From Myxococcales bacterium (GTDB lineage: Bacteria; Desulfobacterota; Binatia; HRBIN30), in the NCBI GenBank assembly GCA_037445065.1, contig JBBILD010000001.1, positions 96,001 through 160,000 of the forward strand: a stretch of DNA of 64,000 bases, written 5' to 3'. Shown here piece by piece: positions 49,590-59,521 of the stretch. The number at the start of each line of letters is the position of its first letter. Position 1 is the stretch's first letter. Position numbers and translations under genes: made by a program. The notes beneath the pieces were generated by a model. The model did no database searches. It was not told where the DNA came from and worked only from the letters and a program-made list of their open reading frames with translations.

Positions 49590-51266
49590 TTACCAGCGGG
49601 TCAGCAGCATGCAGCCCGCCACTGGCCCGCCGCCCACCGCAACAGCCGCGACTTCGCAGTCCGGCACCTGTCGTTCACCGCACTCGGCACGCAACTGACG
49701 CACGGCTTCTGCAACGAAGCCGAAACCGTGCAAGCGGCCTCCGGAGAGTTGCCCACCCCACGTGTTCATCGGCAGGGTCCCGCCCAGCTTCGTGCAGCCG
49801 GCCTGCACGAAGGGACCCCCTTCCCCGGGAGCACAGAACCCCAGGGCTTCGAGCCAAGCCAGAGGCAGGAACGAGAAGCCATCGTACAACTGCACCGTGT
49901 CGACGTCGCTCGGCCGTAGGGAAGTGCGCTGCCATAAGTGTCGGGCCGCGTCGTGCGCCGCCATTGTGGTGAGGTCGGGCCATTGGTCCCACACCGGCCG
50001 GTGCCAAAGTGCCGTCCCGACTGCTTCGATGCGCACCGGTGGTTTTGCCAGATCCCGGGCAAAGTCTTCGTGCGAAAGTACGATGGCGGTGGAGCCGTCC
50101 ACCGGAGCATCGCAGTCATACAAACAAAACGGATCGCTGATCATGCGAGCCTGCCAGTAATCCTCCCAGGTGAGGGGTTCCCGGTACACTGCTGCAGGAT
50201 TTCGCCGGGCGTGCTCGCGCTCGAGCAGCGCCACCGCGCCCAGGTGCTCTCGTGTGGTCCCATAGCGGTGCATGTGGCGGCGCGCGTACAGGGCGATCCA
50301 ATTTGCTGCAGACATGGCGCCGAATGGGACCAGCCAGGCGGCAAAGCCAGAGATGCGGGGCGATCCGGAACCAATTCCACGCCGACCTGTGTCCGCCGCC
50401 GCAGTTGCTTCCGTAACCGTCCGGTACACTAGCGCATGCCGGCACAGTCCTGAGCCGATGGCCAGCGCTGCCGCGATCAAAGGCATGATTTGCCCCGGTC
50501 CCTCGAGGCCAGAGAGATGCCAGCGAACGTGCAAGCCGAGGGCGTCTTGTACGTCGTAAATGCTCGGACCGCTGAAGCCTGGGGCGGCCTGTCCTGGTCC
50601 CGGGTAGGCAGCGATGCCGTCAATATCGCGCGGCGTGAGCCCAGCGTCTTCGATCGCCCTGAGGGCTGCTTCGCAGGTGAGGTCTAGATCGTCTCGAAAT
50701 AGACGGCGGCCGATCGCCGACTGCCCCACCCCGGAAATCAGCGCTTTCCGCTCCAACGGTAGAGGCCTGGTGTGGACAGCGGCAGGACCCAACGGAGGAG
50801 AATCACCTGCCGTGTCGCGGCTGGAGTGGCTTAGGTCTCCCTCTTCTGGCGCGACAGAACTCGACGCAGGGCGGAACAGTGGCAGGCCGATTTCCTCGCT
50901 TACAGGCAAGAAGTGGGCCTCTACTGCCATGCCAATCTTGACCTCCTCTGGCCGGCAATCCACCAGGTTCGTGGTCAAGCGAAGGCCGTGCTGCTCCTCT
51001 AATTCGACCAGCCCGATTACGTAAGGCACTTCTTGGCCCGGGTACCAGGGCTTGTGATTCACAGTGAAACTGTAAACGCGGCCGCGCCCGCTCACCGCTT
51101 CCCAGCGCAGGGTGCTCGTCAGACAGCGTGGGCACAGTGGCCGCGGTGGGTGCACGAAGAAATGACAGGAAGAGCAGCGGAGAAATTCGAGCCGGCCTCC
51201 GCGGCAGGCGCGCCAGAATCTTTCTGTGAGCGGTTCTAATGCAGGTAAGGGGCGAAAACCGTTCAT
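49590..51266 (-). CDS. DUF35 (Zn-ribbon/OB-fold) fused to a thiolase-like (Ltp2/SCP-x type) domain
   Basis: RCSSC...CPRC, SGRGRVYSFTV, VELEEQ; thiolase-like GVGQS, YDCDAPVDG, QLYDGFS, NTWGGQLSGG, EAVRQLR. Confidence 0.88.
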   Translation of the reverse strand: MNGFRPLPALEPLTERFWRACRGGRLEFLRCSSCHFFVHPPRPLCPRCLTSTLRWEAVSGRGRVYSFTVNHKPWYPGQEVPYVIGLVELEEQHGLRLTTNLVDCRPEEVKIGMAVEAHFLPVSEEIGLPLFRPASSSVAPEEGDLSHSSRDTAGDSPPLGPAAVHTRPLPLERKALISGVGQSAIGRRLFRDDLDLTCEAALRAIEDAGLTPRDIDGIAAYPGPGQAAPGFSGPSIYDVQDALGLHVRWHLSGLEGPGQIMPLIAAALAIGSGLCRHALVYRTVTEATAAADTGRRGIGSGSPRISGFAAWLVPFGAMSAANWIALYARRHMHRYGTTREHLGAVALLEREHARRNPAAVYREPLTWEDYWQARMISDPFCLYDCDAPVDGSTAIVLSHEDFARDLAKPPVRIEAVGTALWHRPVWDQWPDLTTMAAHDAARHLWQRTSLRPSDVDTVQLYDGFSFLPLAWLEALGFCAPGEGGPFVQAGCTKLGGTLPMNTWGGQLSGGRLHGFGFVAEAVRQLRAECGERQVPDCEVAAVAVGGGPVAGCMLLTRW

Positions 51267-51379
51267 GCTCGGCCCGTAACCACAAGTTTGGCCGAAGCGC
51301 AAACCAGGCTGTGTACCCTTGCATGACTGTTGCCGCCTGCGATCGTGGCAGAGTCAGCGTGGCCCGTTGAGGAGGAGAC

Positions 51380-53431
51380 ATGGAGAAACGGCCGAATCGT
51401 TTGATTCATGAGAGTAGCCTCTATTTGCGCCAGCACGCGTACAACCCGGTTGACTGGTATCCATGGTGCGAGGAGGCATTCGCGCGTGCGCGCGCAGAGC
51501 AAAAACCCATATTGCTCAGCATCGGTTACTCGGCCTGCCACTGGTGCCACGTTATGGAACGGGAGTCCTTCGAAGATCCCGAGACCGCGCGCCTGATGAA
51601 CCAGTTGTTCGTTAACATCAAAGTGGACCGCGAGGAACGCCCAGACATTGACCAGGTATACATGAATGCGGTCCAACTCCTGACGGGTCGTGGTGGTTGG
51701 CCGCTGACGGTGTTTTTGCGGCCTGACGGCACTCCGTTTTACGGCGGTACCTATTTTCCGCCGGAGGATCGGTTTGGCTTGCCATCTTTCCGGCGCGTCT
51801 TGCTGGCGGTCGCTCAGGCATACCGCGAGCGGCCGGACGAAATCGACAAAACCGCGGCGCAAATCCTCGATGCCCTGCGCAAGATCGAGGCAACCGCCGC
51901 GCCGGGCGAAGAATCCCTGGATGCCTCCTTGCTCGACACCGCTACGGCCCGGCTTACCGCTTTGTACGACCGGGAACACGGAGGACTCCGCGGAGCTCCG
52001 AAATTTCCCAATCCCTCCGTCTTTGAGTTTTTCCTGCAACAGGCTGTTGCAGCGCAGCGCCCCGAGCTGCTCTCGATGGTCCGCCACACCCTCGAAGCGA
52101 TGGCGCGGGGCGGCATTTACGACCAACTTGGCGGTGGTTTTCACCGCTACTCGGTAGACGAGCGTTGGCTTGTGCCGCATTTCGAGAAGATGCTGTACGA
52201 CAACGCGTTACTCGTCCCCTTGTACTTGCGCGGCTTTCTGTGCACCGGCGAGCGCGACTTCGTGCGGGTGGCGCGAGAAACGTTGGCTTACCTGTTACGC
52301 GAAATGCGTCACCCTGAAGGGGGTTTTTACGCTTCGCAAGATGCCGACAGCGAGGGCGAAGAAGGTCGCTTCTTTGTTTGGCGGCACGACGAAATCCAGC
52401 GCGTGCTGGGCAAGGATCTAGGCGAACTTGCCTGCCGCTACTTCGGGGTCACCGAGGTGGGGAACTTCGAGGCCGGCCGCAATGTCTTACATCGGAGTTT
52501 GACGGTGTCCCAACTTGCCGGCCTCTACCAACTTCCAGAGGCCGATGTGGAGAGCCGACTGAAAGAGGCACGGCGGCGGCTGTTCGAGGTGCGGGAGACA
52601 AGGGTACGGCCGGCTCGCGATGAGAAGATCTTGGCCGCTTGGAACGGCATGGCGGTGTCCGCCTTTGCGTTTGCGGCCGGAGTGCTCAACGATTCACACT
52701 ACCAGGCAGTGGCCGAAGCGGGGCTGCGATTCCTACGGGAAAGGATGTGGCGGGATGGGCGCTTACTCAGCGTTTACGCGGATGGCCAAGCGAAGCATCT
52801 GGGCCACTTGGATGACTACGCCTTTGTACTGACCGCGGTTTTGGATGTTTTCGAAGTGAGTCAGACCATGGAACTGCTCGACTGGAGCCAGCGTCTGGCC
52901 GGAGTCCTGCTCGATCGCTTTTGGGACAACTCTGCAGCCGGTTTTTTCTTTACCAGCGATGAACACGAGGCGCTCGTGCATCGGTGTAAACCTTCCTTCG
53001 ACGGGGCCGTGCCTTCCGGGAACAGTGTTGCCTGCCGTGCGCTGCTGCGCCTATTTCACTGGACCGGCGAGGAGCGTTACCGAACCCACGCAGAAGCGAT
53101 GCTGAGCGCGTACGCGCCGGCGATGCGGGACCAGCCGTCAGGCTTTGCGAATTTTCTGTGTGCGGCTTCGTTTCAGATTCACCAGCCAAAGGAGATCGTT
53201 GTGGTACGCCACGATGAGTCTGCCGAGGCGCTGCTGCGCGCCGTGTGGGAAGCGTGTCTGCCCCACCGGATCTTGCTGGTTCTTCGTCCGGGCGATGGAA
53301 AACAAGCGCTGCCGCTTGCCGAGGGAAAGGTCGCAGCGGGCCCTCCGTCGTGCGCTTTCGTTTGCCACCGGATGACTTGCTCGCCACCTCTCAGGTCGGC
53401 CCAAGACCTGCAGCTCGCTTTGCGCTCTTGA
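51380..53431 (+). CDS. YyaL/SSP411-family thioredoxin-domain protein
   Basis: [55 protein letters not shown]. Confidence 0.93.
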   Translation: MEKRPNRLIHESSLYLRQHAYNPVDWYPWCEEAFARARAEQKPILLSIGYSACHWCHVMERESFEDPETARLMNQLFVNIKVDREERPDIDQVYMNAVQLLTGRGGWPLTVFLRPDGTPFYGGTYFPPEDRFGLPSFRRVLLAVAQAYRERPDEIDKTAAQILDALRKIEATAAPGEESLDASLLDTATARLTALYDREHGGLRGAPKFPNPSVFEFFLQQAVAAQRPELLSMVRHTLEAMARGGIYDQLGGGFHRYSVDERWLVPHFEKMLYDNALLVPLYLRGFLCTGERDFVRVARETLAYLLREMRHPEGGFYASQDADSEGEEGRFFVWRHDEIQRVLGKDLGELACRYFGVTEVGNFEAGRNVLHRSLTVSQLAGLYQLPEADVESRLKEARRRLFEVRETRVRPARDEKILAAWNGMAVSAFAFAAGVLNDSHYQAVAEAGLRFLRERMWRDGRLLSVYADGQAKHLGHLDDYAFVLTAVLDVFEVSQTMELLDWSQRLAGVLLDRFWDNSAAGFFFTSDEHEALVHRCKPSFDGAVPSGNSVACRALLRLFHWTGEERYRTHAEAMLSAYAPAMRDQPSGFANFLCAASFQIHQPKEIVVVRHDESAEALLRAVWEACLPHRILLVLRPGDGKQALPLAEGKVAAGPPSCAFVCHRMTCSPPLRSAQDLQLALRS

Positions 53432-53540
53432 TCGTCGTCACGGGGCCAGCGGCGGACGATGGAACCGGCCCGGGGGGAGCGACGTTCCCAGGTGCGGGAT
53501 GACTGGAGGCGGGCCGCACACCTTTACGGACGTTTTGAAA

Positions 53541-53618
53541 CAACAGTGACCCAAGCCCGAAAGGGCCTTGGGTTGCTGTTGCAGGGTGGAACAGCAACCG
53601 ATCCTCTGAAACGGTCGG
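53541..53618 (+). other. Structured intergenic RNA element with alternative hairpins (candidate cis-regulatory RNA)
   Basis: 18-bp stem with GAAA loop (53541-53581); competing perfect 10-bp stem 53571-53580/53590-53599; third stem 53598-53618. Confidence 0.4.
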
Positions 53619-53658
53619 CATCTTGGCAATAGCTGGATCCTTCGGTAGACGCCCGCGC

Positions 53659-54852
53659 ATGGCGTACCTGCCGCTCGAGGGGACGCGGATTCTCGCCTTT
53701 ACCCAGTTGGGTGCGGGCCCGTACGCGATGACGATTCTAGCTGATCTCGGTGCCGAGGTAGTCAAAGTGGAGGATCCCCGCCTGGGTGGGGACGAAGCGC
53801 GGCGCGTGCCTCCGCAGGCGGAAGGAGGAGACAGCGTTTACTTTCAAGCGCTGAATCGAGGGGCGCGTTCCTTGACCTTGGATTTGCGCCATCCACTCGG
53901 ACGCGAACTCCTACACCGGCTAGTACGTGTGAGCGACGCGGTTTACGCGAATCTGCGCGGAGACCTTCCGAGCCGTTTAGGTCTGGATTATGCTGCGCTT
54001 GCCCCGCACAATCCGCGGATTGTTTGTTGTTGCCTGTCTGGGTTCGGGAAAACCGGCCCTCGTTGTACTCAGCCCGGCTACGACTTTCTCGTCCAGGCAT
54101 TGACCGGCTTCATGAGCCTCACGGGGGATCCGGATCAGAGTCCGCAGCGCTGCGGCGTTTCGGTGGTGGACTTCGCAGGCGGGCTCATGTCGGCTGTGGG
54201 GCTGTTGGCTGGCATCCTGCGTGCCCGGGCCACCGGCACAGGGGGCGATTTAGACGTTTCTTTGTTCGACACCGCGATTTCGATGCTCAACTACATGGCA
54301 GCATGGTGGTGGAATTTGGGACACGCTCCCCGGCGTTTGGCCGATGGTGCGCACCAGAGTTTGGTGCCGTCGCAAACCTTTGCGACCCGCGACGGCTTCG
54401 TCGTGATCATGTGCATGAAGGAAAAGTTTTGGCAGCGCCTGTGTGACCGGATTGGGCATCCTGAGTGGAAGCAGGATCCGCGCTTCCACACGTTTGCGGA
54501 CCGTTTCCGCAACCGGGATGTGCTGTTGCCTCTGCTCCGAGAAGTCTTCGCGCAGCGCACAACGGCGGAATGGATCCAGTTGCTCGAAGGGGAAGTACCG
54601 TGCGCTCCGGTACGATCTGTTCCCGAAGCGTTGGAGGACCCGCAGGTGGCTGCGCGCGAGCTGCGCATCTCCGTGCGCCATCCACGTTACGGGGAACTTT
54701 GGGAAGTCGGCTGTCCGATCCATTTTTCTGGCTGTGCGCCACGTTACCGAGCTGCCTCTGCCCTGGGAGCGGACACGCCGGAGGTGCTGGCGGACTGGCT
54801 CGGTATGGAAGCAGAGGAGATCCAGCGGTACCGGGCGGCGTGGCAGGTGTAG
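53659..54852 (+). CDS. CaiB/BaiF family III CoA-transferase
   Basis: LADLGAEVVKVE, LNRGARSLTLDL, PGYD, LGADT. Confidence 0.9.
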   Translation: MAYLPLEGTRILAFTQLGAGPYAMTILADLGAEVVKVEDPRLGGDEARRVPPQAEGGDSVYFQALNRGARSLTLDLRHPLGRELLHRLVRVSDAVYANLRGDLPSRLGLDYAALAPHNPRIVCCCLSGFGKTGPRCTQPGYDFLVQALTGFMSLTGDPDQSPQRCGVSVVDFAGGLMSAVGLLAGILRARATGTGGDLDVSLFDTAISMLNYMAAWWWNLGHAPRRLADGAHQSLVPSQTFATRDGFVVIMCMKEKFWQRLCDRIGHPEWKQDPRFHTFADRFRNRDVLLPLLREVFAQRTTAEWIQLLEGEVPCAPVRSVPEALEDPQVAARELRISVRHPRYGELWEVGCPIHFSGCAPRYRAASALGADTPEVLADWLGMEAEEIQRYRAAWQV

Positions 54853-54856
54853 AGTC

Positions 54857-56038
54857 GTGGACCTGAGTTTTTCGCCGCGCGAGGAACAATTCCGCAGCGA
54901 GTTGCGTGCCTGGCTGCGCGTGCACCCGCCCCCCGAGCTGCCGGCTGACCTACCGCTGGCGGAAGAGGTCGAGGAGCTACGTGGCTGGCAGCACCTGCTG
55001 CATGAGGGTGGGTGGGTTGGGGTGCACTGGCCTCGCGAATACGGAGGGCGTGGTGCCTCGCTGGTCGAGAACTACATTTTGCAGGAGGAATTGGCCCAAG
55101 CTCGCTCGCCAGAGCTGATCGGCCGGATTGGCGTGAATTTGGTGGGGCCGACGCTTATCGCGCACGGCACAGAAGCGCAAAAGCGCCGCTTTCTCCGTAA
55201 AATCCTCTCTGCCGAGGACATCTGGTGCCAGTTGTTCTCCGAACCGCAAGCAGGATCCGATCTCGCCTCGTTGCGCTGCCAGGCAGAACCTTGCGAGCGC
55301 GGGTTCCTTGTGACTGGGGAAAAAGTATGGACGAGCTACGCCCAATTCGCTCGTTGGGGCATTCTCCTCGCGCGCACGGGCAAAGGGAGACGGAAGACCG
55401 ACGGGATTAGTTGCATGATCGTCGATATGCAGAGTTCCGGTGTAGAAGTGCGTCCCCTGCGGCAAATGACCGGGAGCGAAGAGTTCAACCAGGTCTATCT
55501 CGACCGCGTCTTCGTGCCCAGCGAGCATTTGGTGGGGGAGTGCGGGAAGGGCTGGGAGATTGCGCAGACAACCTTGGCCCATGAGCGTGGCACTTCGCCT
55601 CGCCAGTACGTCATCCACCGGATCTTCGTAGGGGAACTCTTGCGCGCCGCTCGTTCCTACCCCAAAGGCGGCATTCCGGCCGCGCGCCAACCGCAGTTGC
55701 GTCAGAGCCTCGCACAAGCGTGGATCGACGTGGAACTCTTCCGCCTTCATAATTGGCGCACTCTGAGCTTGCTTCAGCGCGGTTTGCCGCTCGGAGCACG
55801 AAGCTCGGTCGTCAAGTTGTTTTGGAGCGAAATGAGCCAGCGAATGCACGAGACGGCTCTTGCCCTCTTGGGTGCAAGCGGCACGCTGCTTGCCGGCGAC
55901 CCGCGGGCGCCGTTTTCGGGAAAGTGGGCGCGATCCTTCCTTTATTATCGGGCCGCGACGATTTTCGCTGGCACCTCCGAAATTCAGCGCAACATCCTTG
56001 CTACTCGTGCGCTTGGGCTGCCTCGCGGCGAGACCTGA
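54857..56038 (+). CDS. Acyl-CoA dehydrogenase (FadE-like)
   Basis: WPREYGG, WCQLFSEPQAGSDLA, GEKVWTS, TIFAGTSEIQRNI. GTG start 4 nt after the CoA-transferase stop. Confidence 0.92.
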   Translation: MDLSFSPREEQFRSELRAWLRVHPPPELPADLPLAEEVEELRGWQHLLHEGGWVGVHWPREYGGRGASLVENYILQEELAQARSPELIGRIGVNLVGPTLIAHGTEAQKRRFLRKILSAEDIWCQLFSEPQAGSDLASLRCQAEPCERGFLVTGEKVWTSYAQFARWGILLARTGKGRRKTDGISCMIVDMQSSGVEVRPLRQMTGSEEFNQVYLDRVFVPSEHLVGECGKGWEIAQTTLAHERGTSPRQYVIHRIFVGELLRAARSYPKGGIPAARQPQLRQSLAQAWIDVELFRLHNWRTLSLLQRGLPLGARSSVVKLFWSEMSQRMHETALALLGASGTLLAGDPRAPFSGKWARSFLYYRAATIFAGTSEIQRNILATRALGLPRGET

Positions 56039-56137
56039 CGCGAGCGATTACGCTGCCACGCGGCAAAGCAGATTGCAGGTCTCTTACCATGCGCGGGTGG
56101 GATCCAGTTCCAACATCATTGCGCTTGTTGGCAGCCC

Positions 56138-56168
56138 AGGCCACGGCTTCCTCGCCCGTGGCCTTTCT
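56138..56168 (+). terminator. Possible intrinsic terminator after the CoA-transferase-ACAD pair
   Basis: AGGCCACGG-N9-CCGTGGCCT stem followed by a short TTTCT tract. Confidence 0.35.
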
Positions 56169-56260
56169 GCTGGGACCGGCCGACTCGGACTTGCACGGGC
56201 GCAAATTTGGGTTCAGACTTACGCGGCCAGATTGCGAGGCGGTTCTGGCGGAGGGTTGGC

Positions 56261-57004
56261 ATGCCGGCGCGCGGGAAGGGAGCGAGAGGAGATCGCACAC
56301 GCGAGCAGCGATTCAGCATACGGCCCTTTGCAAACTTGGCAGCCGCGTTTCGGGCTGTGCCACCGAGCGAGTCGCTTCCGCGTGCACCGCAGTTTCGGAG
56401 CGAGTTCGCTTCGAACGCGGAGAGCGACGCAGAACTCTTCTCGAAAGCGATGGCCGACGTAGTACCGCTCCCCGACCAGGATCGCGCACGTGTGGAGATG
56501 GCCGGTCCGGCTTGCCCGCCTCGGCCGTTGACGGACGAAGACGCGGAGGCGCTGGCTGAGCTGTCGGAGTTGGCAAACGGGGGCGGAAGCTTCGACGTGA
56601 CACTGACCGACGAGCATGTGGAGGGAATCTGCTCGGGCCTCGACTTGCGCCTACTGCAGCGATTGCGCCGGGGGGAGTTCGCTTGTCAGGGCCACTTGGA
56701 CTTGCACGGTTGCACTTGGGAGCAAGCGAAGCTCCGCGTAGATGCGTTTCTTACCCAGGCGCTGCGCGATGGGAAGCGTTGCGTGCTCATTGTCCACGGC
56801 CGCGGGAGGAACTCAAAGGACCAAGTCCCAGTGCTCAAATCGCGCCTGACCACGTATTTGTCGCGGAGTCGGTGGTCGCGGGCGCTGCTCGCTTTTTGTA
56901 GTGCACGTCCGGTCGATGGAGGTCCGGGCGCAACGTACGTGTTGCTGCGCCGCCGCCGTGGGGGCCGGGGCCAATGGCGGGTTGCAGCCGGAACCCACTG
57001 GTGA
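56261..57004 (+). CDS. Smr/MutS2-domain protein
   Basis: LDLHG, LIVHGRG.NS, PVLK, GGPGATYVLL. Confidence 0.9.
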   Translation: MPARGKGARGDRTREQRFSIRPFANLAAAFRAVPPSESLPRAPQFRSEFASNAESDAELFSKAMADVVPLPDQDRARVEMAGPACPPRPLTDEDAEALAELSELANGGGSFDVTLTDEHVEGICSGLDLRLLQRLRRGEFACQGHLDLHGCTWEQAKLRVDAFLTQALRDGKRCVLIVHGRGRNSKDQVPVLKSRLTTYLSRSRWSRALLAFCSARPVDGGPGATYVLLRRRRGGRGQWRVAAGTHW

Positions 57005-57057
57005 GTGTTGCTACCAGCGGGAAAGGGCCAGAAGTCGGACGTGGGGAGGAGAAAATC

Positions 57058-57573
57058 GTGCTGAAATCGACGTGCACCGGTATGGTGCTGCTTCTGTTGA
57101 TGGCGGTGGCCGTCGCGGGCGCCGAGCTGTTGCTCCAGGGTGTGCCGTTGGAGGTCGCGGAAAAGCTTGCTGACGCGAAAACCATTTACGTTGCTACTGA
57201 GCGAAAAGACGGTTCGCGCAGCCGTCCCGCACCCGTGTGGTTCGGAGTAATGGACGGGGCGATTTGGTTCACCACCAGCCCGGAGAGCCACAAGGGAAAG
57301 CGCATTCGCCGCGGAAGCCCGGTGTATATCTCGGTCAAAGGGAAGGACGGGCCGTTTTTGCGCATGAAGGCCGAAGTCGTGCAAGATGGCGAAATCGCGG
57401 AAAGGCTGGGGAGGCTCTATGAGCGCAAATATTGGATCGCTTGGCTCGGCTTCTTTCGACCGAGTCGCGAACGTGTGGAATCGGGCCAGACTTTGCTCAT
57501 TCGAGTGAGCCCGGAGGCTAGCTCCGCAGAGCGGCCTTCGATCGGCACACAACGAAGCGAGGAGGAGCGGTAA
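57058..57573 (+). CDS. Pyridoxamine-5'-phosphate-oxidase-like (split barrel) protein with N-terminal signal/TM
   Basis: YVATERKDG...PVWF...SHKGKRIRR pattern; GGAGGAG RBS before GTG 57058. Confidence 0.7.
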   Translation: MLKSTCTGMVLLLLMAVAVAGAELLLQGVPLEVAEKLADAKTIYVATERKDGSRSRPAPVWFGVMDGAIWFTTSPESHKGKRIRRGSPVYISVKGKDGPFLRMKAEVVQDGEIAERLGRLYERKYWIAWLGFFRPSRERVESGQTLLIRVSPEASSAERPSIGTQRSEEER

Positions 57574-57575
57574 CG

Positions 57576-58721
57576 GTGGACTTTGCGATTCGAGAGGAAG
57601 ACCGACTTCTCGCCGAAGCGGTTCGGTCCTTTGTCGAGAACGAGGTAAATCCGCGCTGGCGTGACATCGAGAGGGAAGATCGCATTCCCGAGGAGATTAT
57701 CGAGGAGGGGCGCCGTTTGGGCTTGTTCGGCCTCAGCGTGCCGGCTCAGTATGGAGGGCTTGGTTTGAGCGTTCTGCAGAAAGCGCTCGTCCATGAACAA
57801 CTGGGGCGCGGGCCGTGGGGTTTAGCGAGCTTTATCAGTGTTCATACCGGCATTGGCTGCGTCGGGATCGTGCGCTTTGGCTCGGAGGAACAAAAGCAGC
57901 GCTATCTGCCAAAAATGGCGCGGGGGGAGTGGTTGGGCTCTTTCGCCCTGACCGAACCGGACGCGGGTTCCGATGCAGGAGCCTTGCGGACTCGGGCGCA
58001 ACGGCGGGGCGACGAATTCGTCCTGAATGGCCGCAAGATCTTCATCACGAACGCGCCCCTCGCGCATCAATTTTTCTTGTTCGCTCGCTCCGAAAAAGGG
58101 ATCAGTGCGTTCTTAGTGGATCGCGACTCCCCGGGACTCAAGATTGGCAGCATTTTCGACACGCTCGGGCACCGCGGATCGCAGATTTCGGAGGTGGTGT
58201 TGGAGGATTGTCGGGTGCCGGCGAGCGCGCTGGTGGGAGAGGAAGGAAAAGGGTTTGAATACGCGAAGCGGACGCTGGCGGAGGGAAGAACGACGCTGGC
58301 AGCTCGCTGTGTCGGAGCCGCTCAAAAGGCGCTCGAACTCGCCCTGGAGTACGCCGAACAACGCCATACCTTCGGGAAGCCGTTAATCGAGCATCAGAGT
58401 ATCGCGTTTCGCTTGGCACAAATGAGCGCCCGTACCGAGGCGGCGCGTTTGCTGGTGTACCGGAGCGCGTGGCTGTTGGATCAAGGTGAGCCTGCGATTC
58501 GCGAGTCGTCTACGGCCAAACTGGTCGCTGCGGAGAACGCTTGGCAGACAGTTGACGATGCCATGCAGATTTTCGGCGGTAACGGTTACGTCCGGGGCGA
58601 GTACATGATCGAACGCATCTGGCGGGATGTGCGCGTGGCGCGTGTTTATGACGGCTCGAGCGAGGTGCAGCAAATCGTCATCGCCCAGCGCTTGCGCAAA
58701 GGGGACGTCGAGACCCGTTAG
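57576..58721 (+). CDS. Acyl-CoA dehydrogenase
   Basis: FALTEPDAGSD, LNGRKIFITN, TFGKP, QIFGGNGY, VYDGSSEVQ. Confidence 0.93.
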   Translation: MDFAIREEDRLLAEAVRSFVENEVNPRWRDIEREDRIPEEIIEEGRRLGLFGLSVPAQYGGLGLSVLQKALVHEQLGRGPWGLASFISVHTGIGCVGIVRFGSEEQKQRYLPKMARGEWLGSFALTEPDAGSDAGALRTRAQRRGDEFVLNGRKIFITNAPLAHQFFLFARSEKGISAFLVDRDSPGLKIGSIFDTLGHRGSQISEVVLEDCRVPASALVGEEGKGFEYAKRTLAEGRTTLAARCVGAAQKALELALEYAEQRHTFGKPLIEHQSIAFRLAQMSARTEAARLLVYRSAWLLDQGEPAIRESSTAKLVAAENAWQTVDDAMQIFGGNGYVRGEYMIERIWRDVRVARVYDGSSEVQQIVIAQRLRKGDVETR

Positions 58722-59521
58722 GCCGTGCCCAACTTGCCGTGCGCCTGGAGTAGCTCCAGCACCGCATCGTGCAGGAATCCGTTGGTGGCAATGATGCCTG
58801 GGAGGCGGGTGTTTTCTTGGTTGAAGCGTAAGGGCTGGCCGTAACGGTCGGTAATTTTTCCGCCCCCGGCTTCGATCAAGGCCGCACCCGCACAGATGTC
58901 CCACTCGTTTTTGGGAGTCAGGCTAAAGGTGGCATCCGCCTTGCCAGCGGCGATGAGCGCCAACTTATAGGCGACGCTTCCCGTGAGTTCCACGCGCAGC
59001 TCTCCTTTGAACTCATCCCACTCACCGCGGCGGTCTTCACTGCGACTCGCCAAAAAGCGCGCCTGCTGGAGATCCGCGGCGGTGCTGACCTTTGCGGGCT
59101 TCCCATTGAGAAACATACCTCTCTGCCGCGCCCCGCAGAACAATTCTTCTCGCACCGGATTGTACGCGATACCGAGCACGGCCTCCCCCTCCACCGCTAG
59201 CGCAATGCACACCACGAACTCCGGAATCTGCTCCACGAATTCGCGGGAGCCGTCGAGTGGATCGACGATCCAAACTCTGCCGCGGTGGAGGCGTTCTTTT
59301 GAGTCGCGGGTCTCTTCCGAGAGCCAACCGTGGTCAGGAAACGCACGGCGAAGGCTGTCTTCGATCACGCGGTTGGCAGCTAGGTCTGCCTCCGTGACTG
59401 GATCGTTGGCGCGTTTGTAGCGAACGTGAAGGTTGCCTCCGAAGCGTTGCCGAATTTCGGTTCCGGCGCGTAGTGCGGCTTCAATCGCCACCGCCCACTC
59501 TCGCTCGGAGACCCAGGTCAT
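58718..59521 (-). CDS. CysQ / inositol monophosphatase family phosphatase
   Basis: [40 protein letters not shown] overlap with the upstream gene. Confidence 0.88.
   Translation of the reverse strand: MTWVSEREWAVAIEAALRAGTEIRQRFGGNLHVRYKRANDPVTEADLAANRVIEDSLRRAFPDHGWLSEETRDSKERLHRGRVWIVDPLDGSREFVEQIPEFVVCIALAVEGEAVLGIAYNPVREELFCGARQRGMFLNGKPAKVSTAADLQQARFLASRSEDRRGEWDEFKGELRVELTGSVAYKLALIAAGKADATFSLTPKNEWDICAGAALIEAGGGKITDRYGQPLRFNQENTRLPGIIATNGFLHDAVLELLQAHGKLGTA

Noticed and set aside
54443..54856. N-terminal extension of ORF 54443..56038 suggesting a fusion
   Set aside because: It overlaps the CoA-transferase in another frame; ACAD homology starts at GTG 54857.
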